NCBI GenBank assembly: GCA_013239625.1
Contig: MU054132.1
Span: forward strand, 868,001-932,000
DNA: 64,000 nt
Origin: Lama guanicoe
Lineage: Eukaryota
Direction: 5' to 3'
Shown here: piece by piece, positions 1 through 11,090 of the stretch
Numbering within the stretch: position 1 is the stretch's first letter
Layout of the letters: the number at the start of each line of letters is the position of its first letter
Notes under the pieces: model-generated
The model's database searches: none
Told to the model about the DNA's origin: nothing
What the model saw: only the letters and a program-made list of their open reading frames with translations
Position numbers and translations under genes: made by a program

Positions 1-450
1 ACACACAACAGAAATGTATATCCGAGTCTCCAAAAGACATGTGCACACGCGTGTTTACAGCAGCACTCACTATTTGTAACAACTAAAATGGAAATGAAGT
101 CAGTGTCCATCAGCAACAGGAATGGATGAGTAACTCGTGGTAGAGCCCCACAGTGGAACACATGCAGGAGAAAGAAGGAACAAATTTGTGACCACTCATG
201 ACAATGCAGATGCGTCTCACACACAGTGCTGAGTGAAAGCCAGACAAACAAAAATCACTTTGTGATTCCATCTAGATGACACTGAAACAGCTGTTACCCA
301 TGGGAGGGAGAGATGTTGAGACGAGTATGAGGGGGCTTCCGGCTGTTGGTTACACAGGTATACTCTCTTTGTTAAAAACCACCCTGCCAAATACTTATGA
401 CTTGTGTATTTTTCCATATGTACATTATATTTCAATTAAAATTTTAAGGA
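1..450 (+). mobile_element. Old L1 3' end fragment (L1M-type)
   Basis: tttacagcagcactc, gtgtccatcagcaacaggaatggatg, tgattccatctagatga; ends ttcaattaaaa. Confidence 0.7.
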
Positions 451-1689
451 AGGAGAATAGCTTGGCATAGATTAAAAAAAAACCCTCTCATAATACATGT
501 AATGATCCTTTTCTTTAAAATTCACTTAAGAAAAGCCTGTTTCTGTGAGAAAGTAAAAAACAGAAAAATGACCTATTTTTAGTCCAAAGGCTATTTTTTA
601 TGGACTTGTTTTTTTTGGGCATTGTCTCCCTAGGAGAACAGCTGTATCTGAGTGTGATGTAAATCCCCTTAGTCCTCTGTCACAAGAGGTAGCACTGTGA
701 TATCCCTTTGGAATCAGAGAGAGCCTGGTATGAATCCTGGCTCCACCATGGAGCAAGGCGATGTGGCCTTGCCTGGCATCAGTTCTTCAACTGTACAGGG
801 AAGACAATGAGAAGTAAGCAAAATAATGAGGGTGAAGGGCCTGGCATACAAACACCTGTTCTTACCACGATGCAATCGCCCCATCTCTTACAAGCTACAT
901 GCAGATGTTGGAGCTCCTTAGATGTTCCCTGAGAACAGTTATTGCATATGATGATGTTTTAACACCATGGAGAACCAAATACCAGTCACAGTGAACTTCC
1001 TCCTAAACATTAATTCCAATAGTTTTTGGAGCTAAAAATTTAACATCACTACTGTTTTTAAAAAATCACTTTGTGATCATCACTCTGTCAAGCATTTGTA
1101 TCTTTTGAAAGTTTAACTCTGAAGAAAATTAGATCTCATACAGAGAATTTAAGACCCACTCAAGCAGAGACACAGAAGGACTGAGGAAGAAAGCATCCTG
1201 TGTCATGAGCATGGCAGACTTCTAAGACTAACTCCACAAACATCATGTGGCAAGTCTGATGATGGCAGTAAGTTCCACAACCGCAATTTAATAGTGTGTA
1301 TGTGAGAAAACAAATGCTTCCCAATTAAAGTCAACCTAGCTTCATTTTTGGGTGAAGCCATTAAAAACTAATACCTAAACATGTTTAGGGTTATAAATTA
1401 AAGATTCAAGTTGATACTTCAAGTTGTCAGATCATAGTTTTCTTCAGTTACGGCCTTCTCTGGCAAACATGGCTGGTCATTTCCACAAGATTTAGAAATT
1501 CTGTCATTTGAGGAAGGCAGGCCAACTGACATTAGTCATGAAGGGATCCTCCCAGGTCTCTCTGTATTTATCTTAGCTCACCTCTACATGCCTTGGCCAG
1601 ACAACTTGCATCCCAGAAAACCAAACACTGACTCTGGGAGGCACCTGGCACCTTACTATAATCTAACTATAAAAATCTTACAGGAAGAC

Positions 1690-2940
1690 TGTTACTAGAG
1701 TAATATAATACACAGCACATAGCCACATATTGTCCTGTAAAGAGGGAAGGAATATGGGGTTGGGGGAATGCTGAAATTAAAGGTAACATTTTAGGTTTTA
1801 ATCATGTTAGCAGTTAAGTTTGAAAGAACTGTGAGCTAAGTTTTCAAGGTGGTTAAAATGTGGTAAATATTTGCCAACTTAAAAGGATACCCAGGAGTTA
1901 AAGATATGGGACAATATGAGCATGAAAAAGAATAATGCCCATAGATTGAAACACATAAAAATGCAAAAATATGTAAATTCACAATATTAAAAACGTACAC
2001 ACACAACAGAAAAAACCCTTACTATACCACCTCTGGAGACTATGGGGAGTGATTTAGGGGGGAAAACCTCATTATTCATGTAACTAACTGATAAAGGGAA
2101 AGGTAAAGCATTTATTCAGCCTTTCCTATAAGGATTGATTTTCAGGACAACTCAATGATTAGTGAAGAAAAGTTTTTTTAATTAAAAAATTATCACTAAT
2201 AAAGGCAGAAAAAATATAAATAAATAAATGCAGAAGGAATAAAAAATTAAGAAATCATACCATTTTGCAACACCCGATGAAATAATTGAACTAGGAAGCA
2301 ATTCTTAATGGCAGGTAAAACCTTGTAGTCTGATGGGGAACTCTGTAACGGATGGATCAGCCTAACACTGGAACCACTGATCAATCTTAATGTCAACAAG
2401 AGATAACTGACATTACAGGAGAAATGCCTGCCCCCGACCAAAGTGAACTTGAACCTGCTAAAATGCCCAGCGCCATCCTCTGGTTTATTTATGGGACATG
2501 TGTGGGAGGGAGGAGAGGAGAGGAGAAGGATATGTGAAACTGCACCACGCACCCTGAGTGCACAACCGGGCAAAGCCATAGGCGGAAAACCCTGGTTTCT
2601 TCAACATACGAATGGCATTTAAAAAAAGATAAAAAGGGAGGATGAACTGTTAACACATTAAAATAGACTTAAGAGAACTAGCAGTAAATTCAAACAAAGA
2701 AGATATTTAACTAACGTTATTAGGAATTATGGCTACTTCTGTTGGGTGTGATATAGGGGGTTATGTTAAGTAAGATTTTCATTGGTTAGAAATACATTTA
2801 AGTCTATCTCTAGCCCCAAAGTGAGCAGGAACAGATAAAATATTGATAATCTTGAAGCTAGGCAACGGGTATCTGGGGATTATTATGCTATTCTGTCTAC
2901 TTCTGTCTATAGTAGAAACTTTCCACAACAAAAAGTTAAA
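1690..2940 (+). mobile_element. Old L1 3' UTR (L1MC-like)
   Basis: gataaagggaaaaggtaaagcatttattcagcctttcctata, ctgatcaatcttaatgtcaac; ends ctttccacaacaaaaagttaaaa. Confidence 0.6.
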
Positions 2941-3303
2941 ATGGCAGAAAGGTGATGATCACTGGGTCAGAAGAATTCAGCGTACTATTCTTTTTGAGTC
3001 TATCTTTGTAAATGTCTATTAAAAACAAGTGTAGACAATCTAAGGATGAATTAAGAACTCTGGGATATACTGCCAACCTACCTGAGGAAAGGCATCTTGC
3101 CAAGAGGACCCCAGAAAGAGAACATGGCAGGCATTCTGTGGTGATAACTACAAAACCAGATTCACTTGCCTACAATTTCCTGGATGACAGCAGACATTCT
3201 GAACAGTCCTAGTCAGACATCACTAACAGTGTGGTTTGCCCCTCTGATGCTCTGTGTCACAGGGATGACCCCACCTTATCTGTGAGCACAGCCTTCGCCT
3301 CAC

Positions 3304-3562
3304 CTGGCTGGGGTGGATGAGGCGGTGGCATCTGGTGGTGCATCAGAGGGTAGGGAGGGGGCTGATGAGGCATCATGCCGGGGTGCCCTGCTGCTCCAAG
3401 TGGCGCCAGCCCAGGTCCTCCTGAGTGCTGGTGTGCCTGCTGAGGGTTCTGCCCATGCTGCTGCTGTTCCATTTGCTGTCGAGCTCGCAACTCAGCGTAT
3501 TTCAGCTGTTCCATGTGGAAGTTCTGGCGTTCAGTAAGCAACTGCTGCCTCTGTTGTTCTAA
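3304..3562 (-). CDS. SMARCC1: SMARCC1 coding exon (~exon 26), 259 nt, [35 protein letters not shown]...[11 protein letters not shown](G)
   Basis: Overlaps ORF 3257..3541; cttaacag|TTAGAA...AGCCAG|gtgagg; [21 protein letters not shown] fits SMARCC1 rather than SMARCC2. Confidence 0.97.
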
Positions 3563-4540
3563 CTGTTAAGAAATGGAAAGGGAAGAGACATGATATCAGG
3601 AAAGGCTCTCAGGATTGGATGCCAACATAGGACATCCACGTGATGCCAAAATTTCCCTTACCTCATCACAGTTACACAGACACCTCGCCTCCTACAACAT
3701 CCATGGTAAGAGAAAAGGCATTATTTCTTGAATAGCATGAGGTCAAGTTCTTCTCTATGGTAAGCATAAGGCCTGCCTTTCCTTGTAAACTTCACCCAGT
3801 GGGGGACTCTTGAACTTAGGACACATGTAATCCCCGCTGTTTGGCAGGCCTTCAGATATTTTAAAAACAGTTTCTACGACTGCCTTACTCTTTCTTCCCC
3901 AGGTAAAACAAGCCTCCCTTGTCCCTTTAACAGTCCCTCAGTTACTAATACCTCAAGTCCAACCAACCTTGCCAGGTGCTCTCTTCTGAAAGTGATCTTC
4001 CTGTTGACTGTTTGGGAATGTGACCCCAGAGTTAAATGCTCTGGATGAGTGGACCTGGCCTTAGGTGCTAAGACACATATTTTCTGTATTGAACTTTGGC
4101 AGTGCTGCTATAAATCGTAGCTTTCAAGCACCTAAAATTATACTGGGTGAGATATTCACAGTTATATTTTACATGCCTAAATAGAAATTTCCATGAATCG
4201 TGGTTTGAAAAATATAAGCATTTCAATATTCAAGATAATCTTTCTGGGACCCAAAATAAAGTAAAGGGAAATAAGTTATTATATGTGCCAGGAAATTCAG
4301 AAACCATATGCCTGCTAATAGAGCTCAGAGAATGGAGTTCACCTTAAATGCTATCAAAACTAATTTAACCCAGGGGTGGTAGAGAAAATCAACTTGAACA
4401 TGAAGGAAAACAAAAATCTACATTTCTAGAAGCCAGTAGTATAAAGATCATATGGAGGATTAACAGCATTATTTCTTTTCAATAATGTTCCATCCCATCA
4501 TTTTCAACAGCAAGATCTTAGTCACTGGGAAGTATTTCTA

Positions 4541-4802
4541 GAGCAGCCACAACGGCTCACAAGCACTTGAAATGTGGTTAATCTGAAATGAGATGTGCTG
4601 TAAATGTAAAATACACACTGAATTCTGAAGACTTAGTATGAAAAAAATTACTCATATTGATTACATGATGAAGTAATATTATATCTATATACTGGATTAA
4701 ATAAAACATCATTATAATTTTACTGTTTATTTTTTAATGTGGCTACTAGAAAATTTTAAATTACATATATGGCTCACACATTATTTCTGCTGGAGAGCAC
4801 TA
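4541..4802. mobile_element. hAT-Charlie non-autonomous element (MER33-like)
   Basis: agcacttgaaatgtgg...gagatgtgctgtaaatgtaaaatacacactgaatt...aatgtggctactagaaaattttaaattacata. Confidence 0.75.
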
Positions 4803-5366
4803 TTCCTAGGCATTTCATAAATTAAGGAAACAACATTTTAGCTTTCGGGAGCAGCCAGTTCTATAGATAAATATTACTTACTATCCTTAGCAAAATCTAG
4901 ACGGAATACGCATGAGAATTAATTTAAGAATCTGGGCTCTTAGCAGAGAGCTGCTTGGGCGGGGGAAGTCGTGGAACCGAGAGAGCAGCATCACTGGCCA
5001 TCAGGAGTAGCAAGCAGGGAACGTCCACAGATGGATGGGGTGCGGGAAGACAGGCCATGGCCACAGCATAAGGAGAAGAGGTCAGGTGAGGAGGAAAAGA
5101 AACGGAGAGAACATATGGTAAAGCTTATGTCCTGGGTGCTGTTTAGCTGGCTTGCAGAGAGTCTCCCTTGGGAAAAGGAGATCTACTGAAACGAATGATT
5201 TTGTGAGTTTTCAGGAGGGAGAAGACAGGGTGCTACCATGGTCTAACAGACTGGTATGGGCTCTTCATTTTCTAAGGGTGACCTGAAGAGAATAAAGCCT
5301 GGCTCAATTTCACTTATCCTTCTTTTCATGATGAGAAGGGAGTTGCAATATGTAAATAGCAAGAGA

Positions 5367-5470
5367 GCGCTCATTTCGGCAGCACATATACAAGTGGAAT
5401 GATACAGAGAAGATTAGCATGGCCCCCGTGGAAGGATGACATACAAATTCGTGAAGCGTTCTGTATCTTT
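5367..5470 (+). pseudogene. U6 snRNA retropseudogene, near full length, fused to an L1 3' end
   Basis: gcgctcatttcggcagcacatata...gatacagagaagattagcatggcccc...caaattcgtgaagcgttc aligns to U6 including the ACAGAGA box; several substitutions and a small deletion; followed by L1 terminus, A-rich tail and TSD. Confidence 0.93.
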
Positions 5471-6695
5471 AACCGACTGTACTTCAATTAAAAAAAAAGA
5501 ATAAAATAAATCAATCTTAAAAAAAATAACAAGAGAATCCTCTGGAAGTCCAGCTCTACAAGACAACTAATCAGCGAGATAATGTATGGCATTTAGGCAG
5601 ACGGATAAAAAAAGGAATCTAAAGATTCTGACTACAAGCCCTAGATTTTGCTTTCTCCTAATCATTCTTTCTAGGAAATTTAGCACTGTGCTGAGGTTAC
5701 ACTTAAGAGGTTGCCAGAAAAGGACCTCAACCTATGTTTTTGTTGAGCCACTACTGGCCTGGACAGCTTGGCTGAAGTCCTGTAGTTATGTAGTAAGTAT
5801 GGAATATAGGTCAAGATCTGCTTTATAAAAGGCTGAACTGTTACTGGAGGGAGATTCTGTGTCTCTGAAGAGAAGTTTTAGTCTCTGCATTACCTATCTC
5901 AGTGTTTCTTGTTTTTTTGTTTTCTTTTGTTTTGTTTTACCAAACCAGCCTTTCTTTGGGACTTGACCTTAGTATCAATCTTGGAAAGAAAAATTTGCCC
6001 AATCTTCCTTGTCTACAGAAGAACTAACCTCAATTACACTTATTTTTTCCTGAGCTTCATTTGTCCTTTCAAAACTCAGAAGGGTAATTAAAAGAAAGTA
6101 ATTAGAAGATTAAAAAGGATATGATTAAACACACACACAGCACACCTGAAAGGAACCCAGTTTAAGGTTAAGATTCAGTGTGGAATAAACAGGTCCTGGG
6201 AGGTGAGAGCAACATTCAGACAGCAGGCTACCACCTGGCTCCAGAAGGACCACCTCTGCTCAGGGGCACACACAATAGAGCATATGGACATGTCCTGGCC
6301 CCACCAGACAAAAGAAATGCCTCTCATGTTTTACTTTTTTAAAAAAATTTAATCCAATTGAAGACGGCATTCACTTTTGTAGTAATCAGATGTGAATGTG
6401 AACTGGGAATTTTTGAGTAGAGTTTGACAGTACTGAGCAAATTTTAAATTGACGTAACCAGTGATTCTACATCTGGAAATTTATCCTAGAAAACTGTACA
6501 TAATTTGTATAAGGACAGTCATTAAAGTATTATTTTTTATGTATAGTTATGTCTAGATACATTGAGTTAAAAAAACACAAACTGCAATATTTATAACATA
6601 ATGCCAATTATATTAAAAAAAAAACCTTTTGCGTCCATGTACAAACATTATATACACACTAAAAATGTTCTGGAAGACACTAAACTATTATTAGT

Positions 6696-6752
6696 CTACA
6701 ATGGAATTTGACATAACATTGTAAAGTGACTATAACTCAATAAAAAATGTTA
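6696..6752 (+). mobile_element. 57-bp extremely 5'-truncated L1 3' end
   Basis: taacattgtaaagtgactataactcaataaaaaa matches the L1 terminus at 59411-59445; perfect 14-bp TSD aaactattattagt at 6682-6695 and 6753-6766. Confidence 0.85.
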
Positions 6753-7021
6753 AAACTATTATTAGTGATTATTACTAGGGATGAAATTAAGGGCAAAAAA
6801 GACTTTTCAATTTATTCATTATTTGAAAATTTTTGTCATGACACATATTTGTAACTATAAAACAAGATACTAAAATTGCCCAAGTCTATGCTTCAGATAT
6901 CTTGATTTTCTTCTCTCCCTTTTCTATTTCCGAGGACTACAGATAAAGCTCCAATAGTTAAACTGAATAGTGTAGATTACTTATGTAAACAGGGTGCTAA
7001 CGAATCTGTTCACTTTCTTAC

Positions 7022-7272
7022 ATGGTTTCAATCTGGCTCTAGGGAACCCACTTTCATACAAAGCTGCCTGTGGACCTGATCTAAAGACAACCCCCCAATC
7101 CTCACTGCATTCAAACCCTGCCTTCCTGCCCTCTTCACTCCTGCACTGTGTATGTATAAAGCAGCCAAATCCAAGTGGAACTGGAACATAACAGAGCACT
7201 TTTCTACACCAAGACCCAAACGCACACACAGCTGCAAGCGCAGCTGAGGTGCACACAGAGCTCTTCTCCCAA
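7022..7272 (-). other. Candidate 251-nt PTC-containing alternative (poison) exon in intron 25
   Basis: Long polypyrimidine tract and 56-nt AG-free zone, tgcag|TTGGGA...AACCAT|gtaaga; in-frame TAG at 7204-7206. Splice signals only, no transcript evidence. Confidence 0.45.
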
Positions 7273-7425
7273 CTGCATTTGCATAAAACAGGGAGGAGGG
7301 GTGGGAAAAAATAAAAGAAGGTGGGGGGGCCTCAAAAATCCATCTACACTGCCAAGGGTCGGAATATCAGCTAAGACTTGAAGCCTCTGACTACTTGGCA
7401 CCATAACTGAAATAAATAAACACAC

Positions 7426-7492
7426 CTTCCTTTGAAATGATTGGCGTCAGTAACCAGACAACCACTTTAGGAAAAAACAGACGTTTTCATTC
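7426..7492 (-). other. Candidate 67-nt PTC-containing alternative exon in intron 25
   Basis: ttttgttgtttgtttttcctcag|GAATGA...GGAAG|gtgtgt; second codon is TGA in the SMARCC1 frame. Confidence 0.4.
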
Positions 7493-7869
7493 CTGAGGAA
7501 AAACAAACAACAAAACTGCATCTTTCTGCCTTCACGAGTGCTTCTGGAGGTGGAATCCAAAGAGGGAGCTGGCACCACTGCTGTGACTGGTCATTCTGTC
7601 CTTGGTACAATGTGTTTGCCACCTGAGGCCACACATCTTTAGATTCAGAACTAAACCTGCTCGTAAGTACAGCCTTCTTAATCCTGCCCACCCATAGTAT
7701 CACGGTGCACGTCTAACAAGAGATTCAACTATACAGCAGGCACACAGAGATGAATTACTACAAATATGCAGAAAACAAAGTTGAGTACAATTCTCCAGGG
7801 GCAGTAAGAAATTCACTTTTTCTTCTTTTTCCCTTAATTTGTCACAAAGTACAACGATCTTTTCTAAAC

Positions 7870-8640
7870 TTACCTCCTATGTGTGAGGACGTCCTATCAG
7901 CAATACCTTTAAAGTCTACCCAGAACCTGACCGTTCTCTTCCACAGCCCGTCACGACCAACCATCTCATGTGGTCATCTTAGCAGCCTTTTTTCTAACTT
8001 TGTCACTTTTTAATTAATTTATTCCCTACAAACAGCAGATAGACTGATACCCACTTAACTGTAAGGAAGATCATGCCAGTCCTCTACATGTGTTCCACAT
8101 TTTTATGGAATAAATAACATAGGCCTTGTGTTATTCCACATTACAATCAGAGTAAAATGGATGGTTTGTTTATAGGAGCTTCTGTGACTAGGCTTCCATT
8201 ATCTCTGACTTTATCCTCTATCTCCTCCTCCTCCTCCCTCGTTCCTGCTCCAGCCCCTACTCCTTATCTCCTGAACAGGTCGATCATGCTTCTGCCTCAC
8301 AGCCTCTATGCTGGCTGTCTCTAGGGCTTAGAAACATTTGCCCAGTTGTCAGTTTTTCAACAGGACCTACTCAGATGAGACCACTTAAAACTGAAATCCT
8401 TCCCTTGCCCTTCCCATCTCCCCTCCCCAGCCTGTAATGTATCGGAATGAACACATACACAGTATACACGCATGCATACACACACATAGCACCTAACATC
8501 TTCTAACATCATTCATTAATTGTTTAAGCTCTACCAAGGCAAAGAGTTTTGTTGGGTTTTATTCACCACTGTATCCCCAGTATCTAATATGCCTAGAACA
8601 AAGCAGGTGCTTGATAAATATTTGCCAATGGACACATGAA
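7870..8640 (+). mobile_element. L2 LINE 3' portion, degenerate
   Basis: Ends ttcaccactgtatccccagtatctaatatgcctagaacaaagcaggtgcttgataaatatttg, a typical L2 terminus. Confidence 0.65.
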
Positions 8641-9480
8641 CTTAGTATATGTGCTGCTGAAGCAAGCAAAAGGAACAAATGAACTTAATCCGTCACCTAT
8701 GCTGCGAAAGCCACCAGCTCTGGGTAGGATGACTTTTCAGTCTCCTCAGCAATCATGCCTTTCTCTTTTACATTTTTGGATTGGGGCCTTTTTTATGCTC
8801 AGATCAGTTCCTCCTCTACCAGAAGGCTTTCCTTAATAATTTCAGCCAACCATGGTCTCTCCTCCTCTGAATTTCCACAGCCCCATTACCTCATGCGGTA
8901 TCTTTATGTGTCAATGTCTCAACTACCCCCTCACCATCTTAAAAGGACACGGTCTGGGTTTCTCACAGTTCTGAATTTCCTACAATGTCTCTTTTCTGAA
9001 GGTATAAAATTTCTTACCTAGCCAAATGACCTACGGAGATTTAGAGAGCATTTAGGCTAGAAGCTATAAACTAGATCAGCTCACAGATCCATTCTCATTG
9101 GCCTCAAAGTATTTTTTTCCTTAAATCCAAGTAAGAATGCTTTAGGTAGGAACCAGCCTCCAGTGTTCTCCAATCCCAAACACTGCCCACATCTGAAACC
9201 TCCTCTCTTGACTGAGGTATGCTATCTGCTTGGCATATAAGGCTGCTCAGTTGGGCAGACCCTTGGAGTTGCAAAACCAGCCCAACAATCTTACCTCAAT
9301 TAGAGTCAATAGCTTTTCCTGCGTCATTTCCCAGACTCTGTACATTTCATAACTGCCTCCCTCTAATATTAGTACTTTATGAAAGGGCTGTAACAATAGC
9401 TACTGAGCTCTAATTATAGGTACATTCATAATACCTATAAAAAATGTAAAATTTTAGACTCAAGAATATTTGATTTTTTA

Positions 9481-9619
9481 AAAAATTATTTTTATCTTTT
9501 TTGGGGGGGTGATTAGGTTTATTTTTATTTATTTATTTATTTAACAGAGATACTGGGATTGATCCCAGGACCTCGTTCATGCTAAGTGTGTACTCTACCA
9601 CTGAGCTATGTTCTCCCCT
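9481..9619 (-). mobile_element. tRNA-derived SINE, camelid Vic-1-like
   Basis: Minus strand has A box (agctcagtggtagag), B-box-like (gggatcaatccc), AT-rich tail with aacctaatcacccc; degenerate TSD agaatatttgatttt / agaacacctgatttt. Confidence 0.8.
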
Positions 9620-10591
9620 GCTGAGAACACCTGATTTTAAGTCATTAGAGAAAAAAATAAACTTCGTATCTGATTCTTAAAGTCTAAGAAAAGATTTTTG
9701 AAATCTATTGCTACATAAACAAAACCAAATGTTTACTTCAAAAAAGTATGTCCTGAAGCTAGTGCTTACAGATGAGCAGGACTGCACCCTCCAGTGAACT
9801 CAGGCAGAGTGGCAGGCAGAGAGCACCAGGCAGCGGGTTAGAATGCTCTGCTCCTGGTTGACCTGCTCATGTTCCACAATTTCAATATTCTTGTGTCATA
9901 ATGGACGGGTGATAAAACTTTGCATATCTCGAGTCTCTAGATTAAAGTGAGATAAGAATGGCTCATTTCTTTATAAATTATGAAGTGCCAGTAAAAACAT
10001 AGCGCTAAAGAAACACAGATTTGAGATCTGGCTCTCTTCTATACACTGTGTGACCTGAGGTACACAAAAGCTCCAGTCTCTTTGTCTATGAGGGGTTAAC
10101 AAAAATAGCCTTATGTTCCCATCCAGCATCATTGCTGGACTCTCTTCCAAGGAGATTCAAAGCAATCAGTGTATTCTTGGTAATGGCTCCCTCATATAGT
10201 TTTTGAGGGATTTAATGAGAAAATCCATATAAAGTGTCTTAGCACAGTTACTGGTCCAATAAATGTTCATAAAGCCAACAAAGGCTTATAAATATTAAGA
10301 ATTTAATACATAGTTGATTACTGGTCTTCATAATGGGAGGCATATAAATATTTACTGAACACTTATTGTGTGTTCCAGGTACTGTGCCAGGCACATGCCA
10401 TATTTCCTCATTTAATTCTCACAATAGTCCTGTGAGGAGAGGAAATCATCAGTAGGAAAACAGCCATGGCCTTGCTCACCCACAGGGAAGGATAGGATAC
10501 TAGTGCCGGGAGGGAAAAAAATACATTATGTCTTAATTGTGCAACAAAGTGAATGGAAGCCATCTTAAGGTTTGTAAGACTTTCTGGTTGC

Positions 10592-11090
10592 TGTTGACAG
10601 TGAGTCTCCAAGCTGGTCCCCCAATGATCTGAATTCCTAATATTTACACCTTCTCCACTGAATCATGTCTACCCATAGTCCTACTCAACCCGGAACCAGG
10701 GTTGGTCTGTGGAACAGAGAGGATACAGCAGAAGTGAAGGGATGTGACTGCCATATTTAGGTTATAAAAGACACTGTGGCTTCCGTTTTGGGTGCTCTTT
10801 CATGTTCTTGCTCTTTTCAGTCACTCGCTCTGGGGGAATCCACTGTGGAAAGGACTACATGGAAAGGAACTGAAGCCTCCTGCAATTAGCCACATGAACA
10901 AGCTTGGTGGTATATCCTCCAGTCCTGGCTGAAGGATAAGAAGACTACAACCTCATGGGAGACCCCAAAAACCTGAACCACCCACTTAAGCTGCTCTAAG
11001 ACTCCTAACCCTCAGAAACTAGGTGAGGTACTGTTTTCTGTTTTCAGTCACAGCTTTGGGATAATTTTTCACATAGCAATAACTAATACA
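10592..11090 (+). mobile_element. MaLR solo LTR (MLT1 family)
   Basis: ttaggttataaaagacactgtggcttcc...aaggaactgaagcctcctgc...ctcagaaact...catagcaataactaataca. Confidence 0.8.

Noticed and set aside
3313..3537. Plus-strand ORFs over exons (also 20981..21220)
   Set aside because: Antisense shadows of SMARCC1 coding exons.
4930..5300. Purine-rich segment ending in AATAAA just upstream of the U6 copy
   Set aside because: Possibly an old LTR, but no family or termini could be assigned; it lies outside the U6 TSD.
5367..5470. Functional U6 gene
   Set aside because: Substitutions and a deletion, L1 tail and TSD, and no recognisable PSE upstream.
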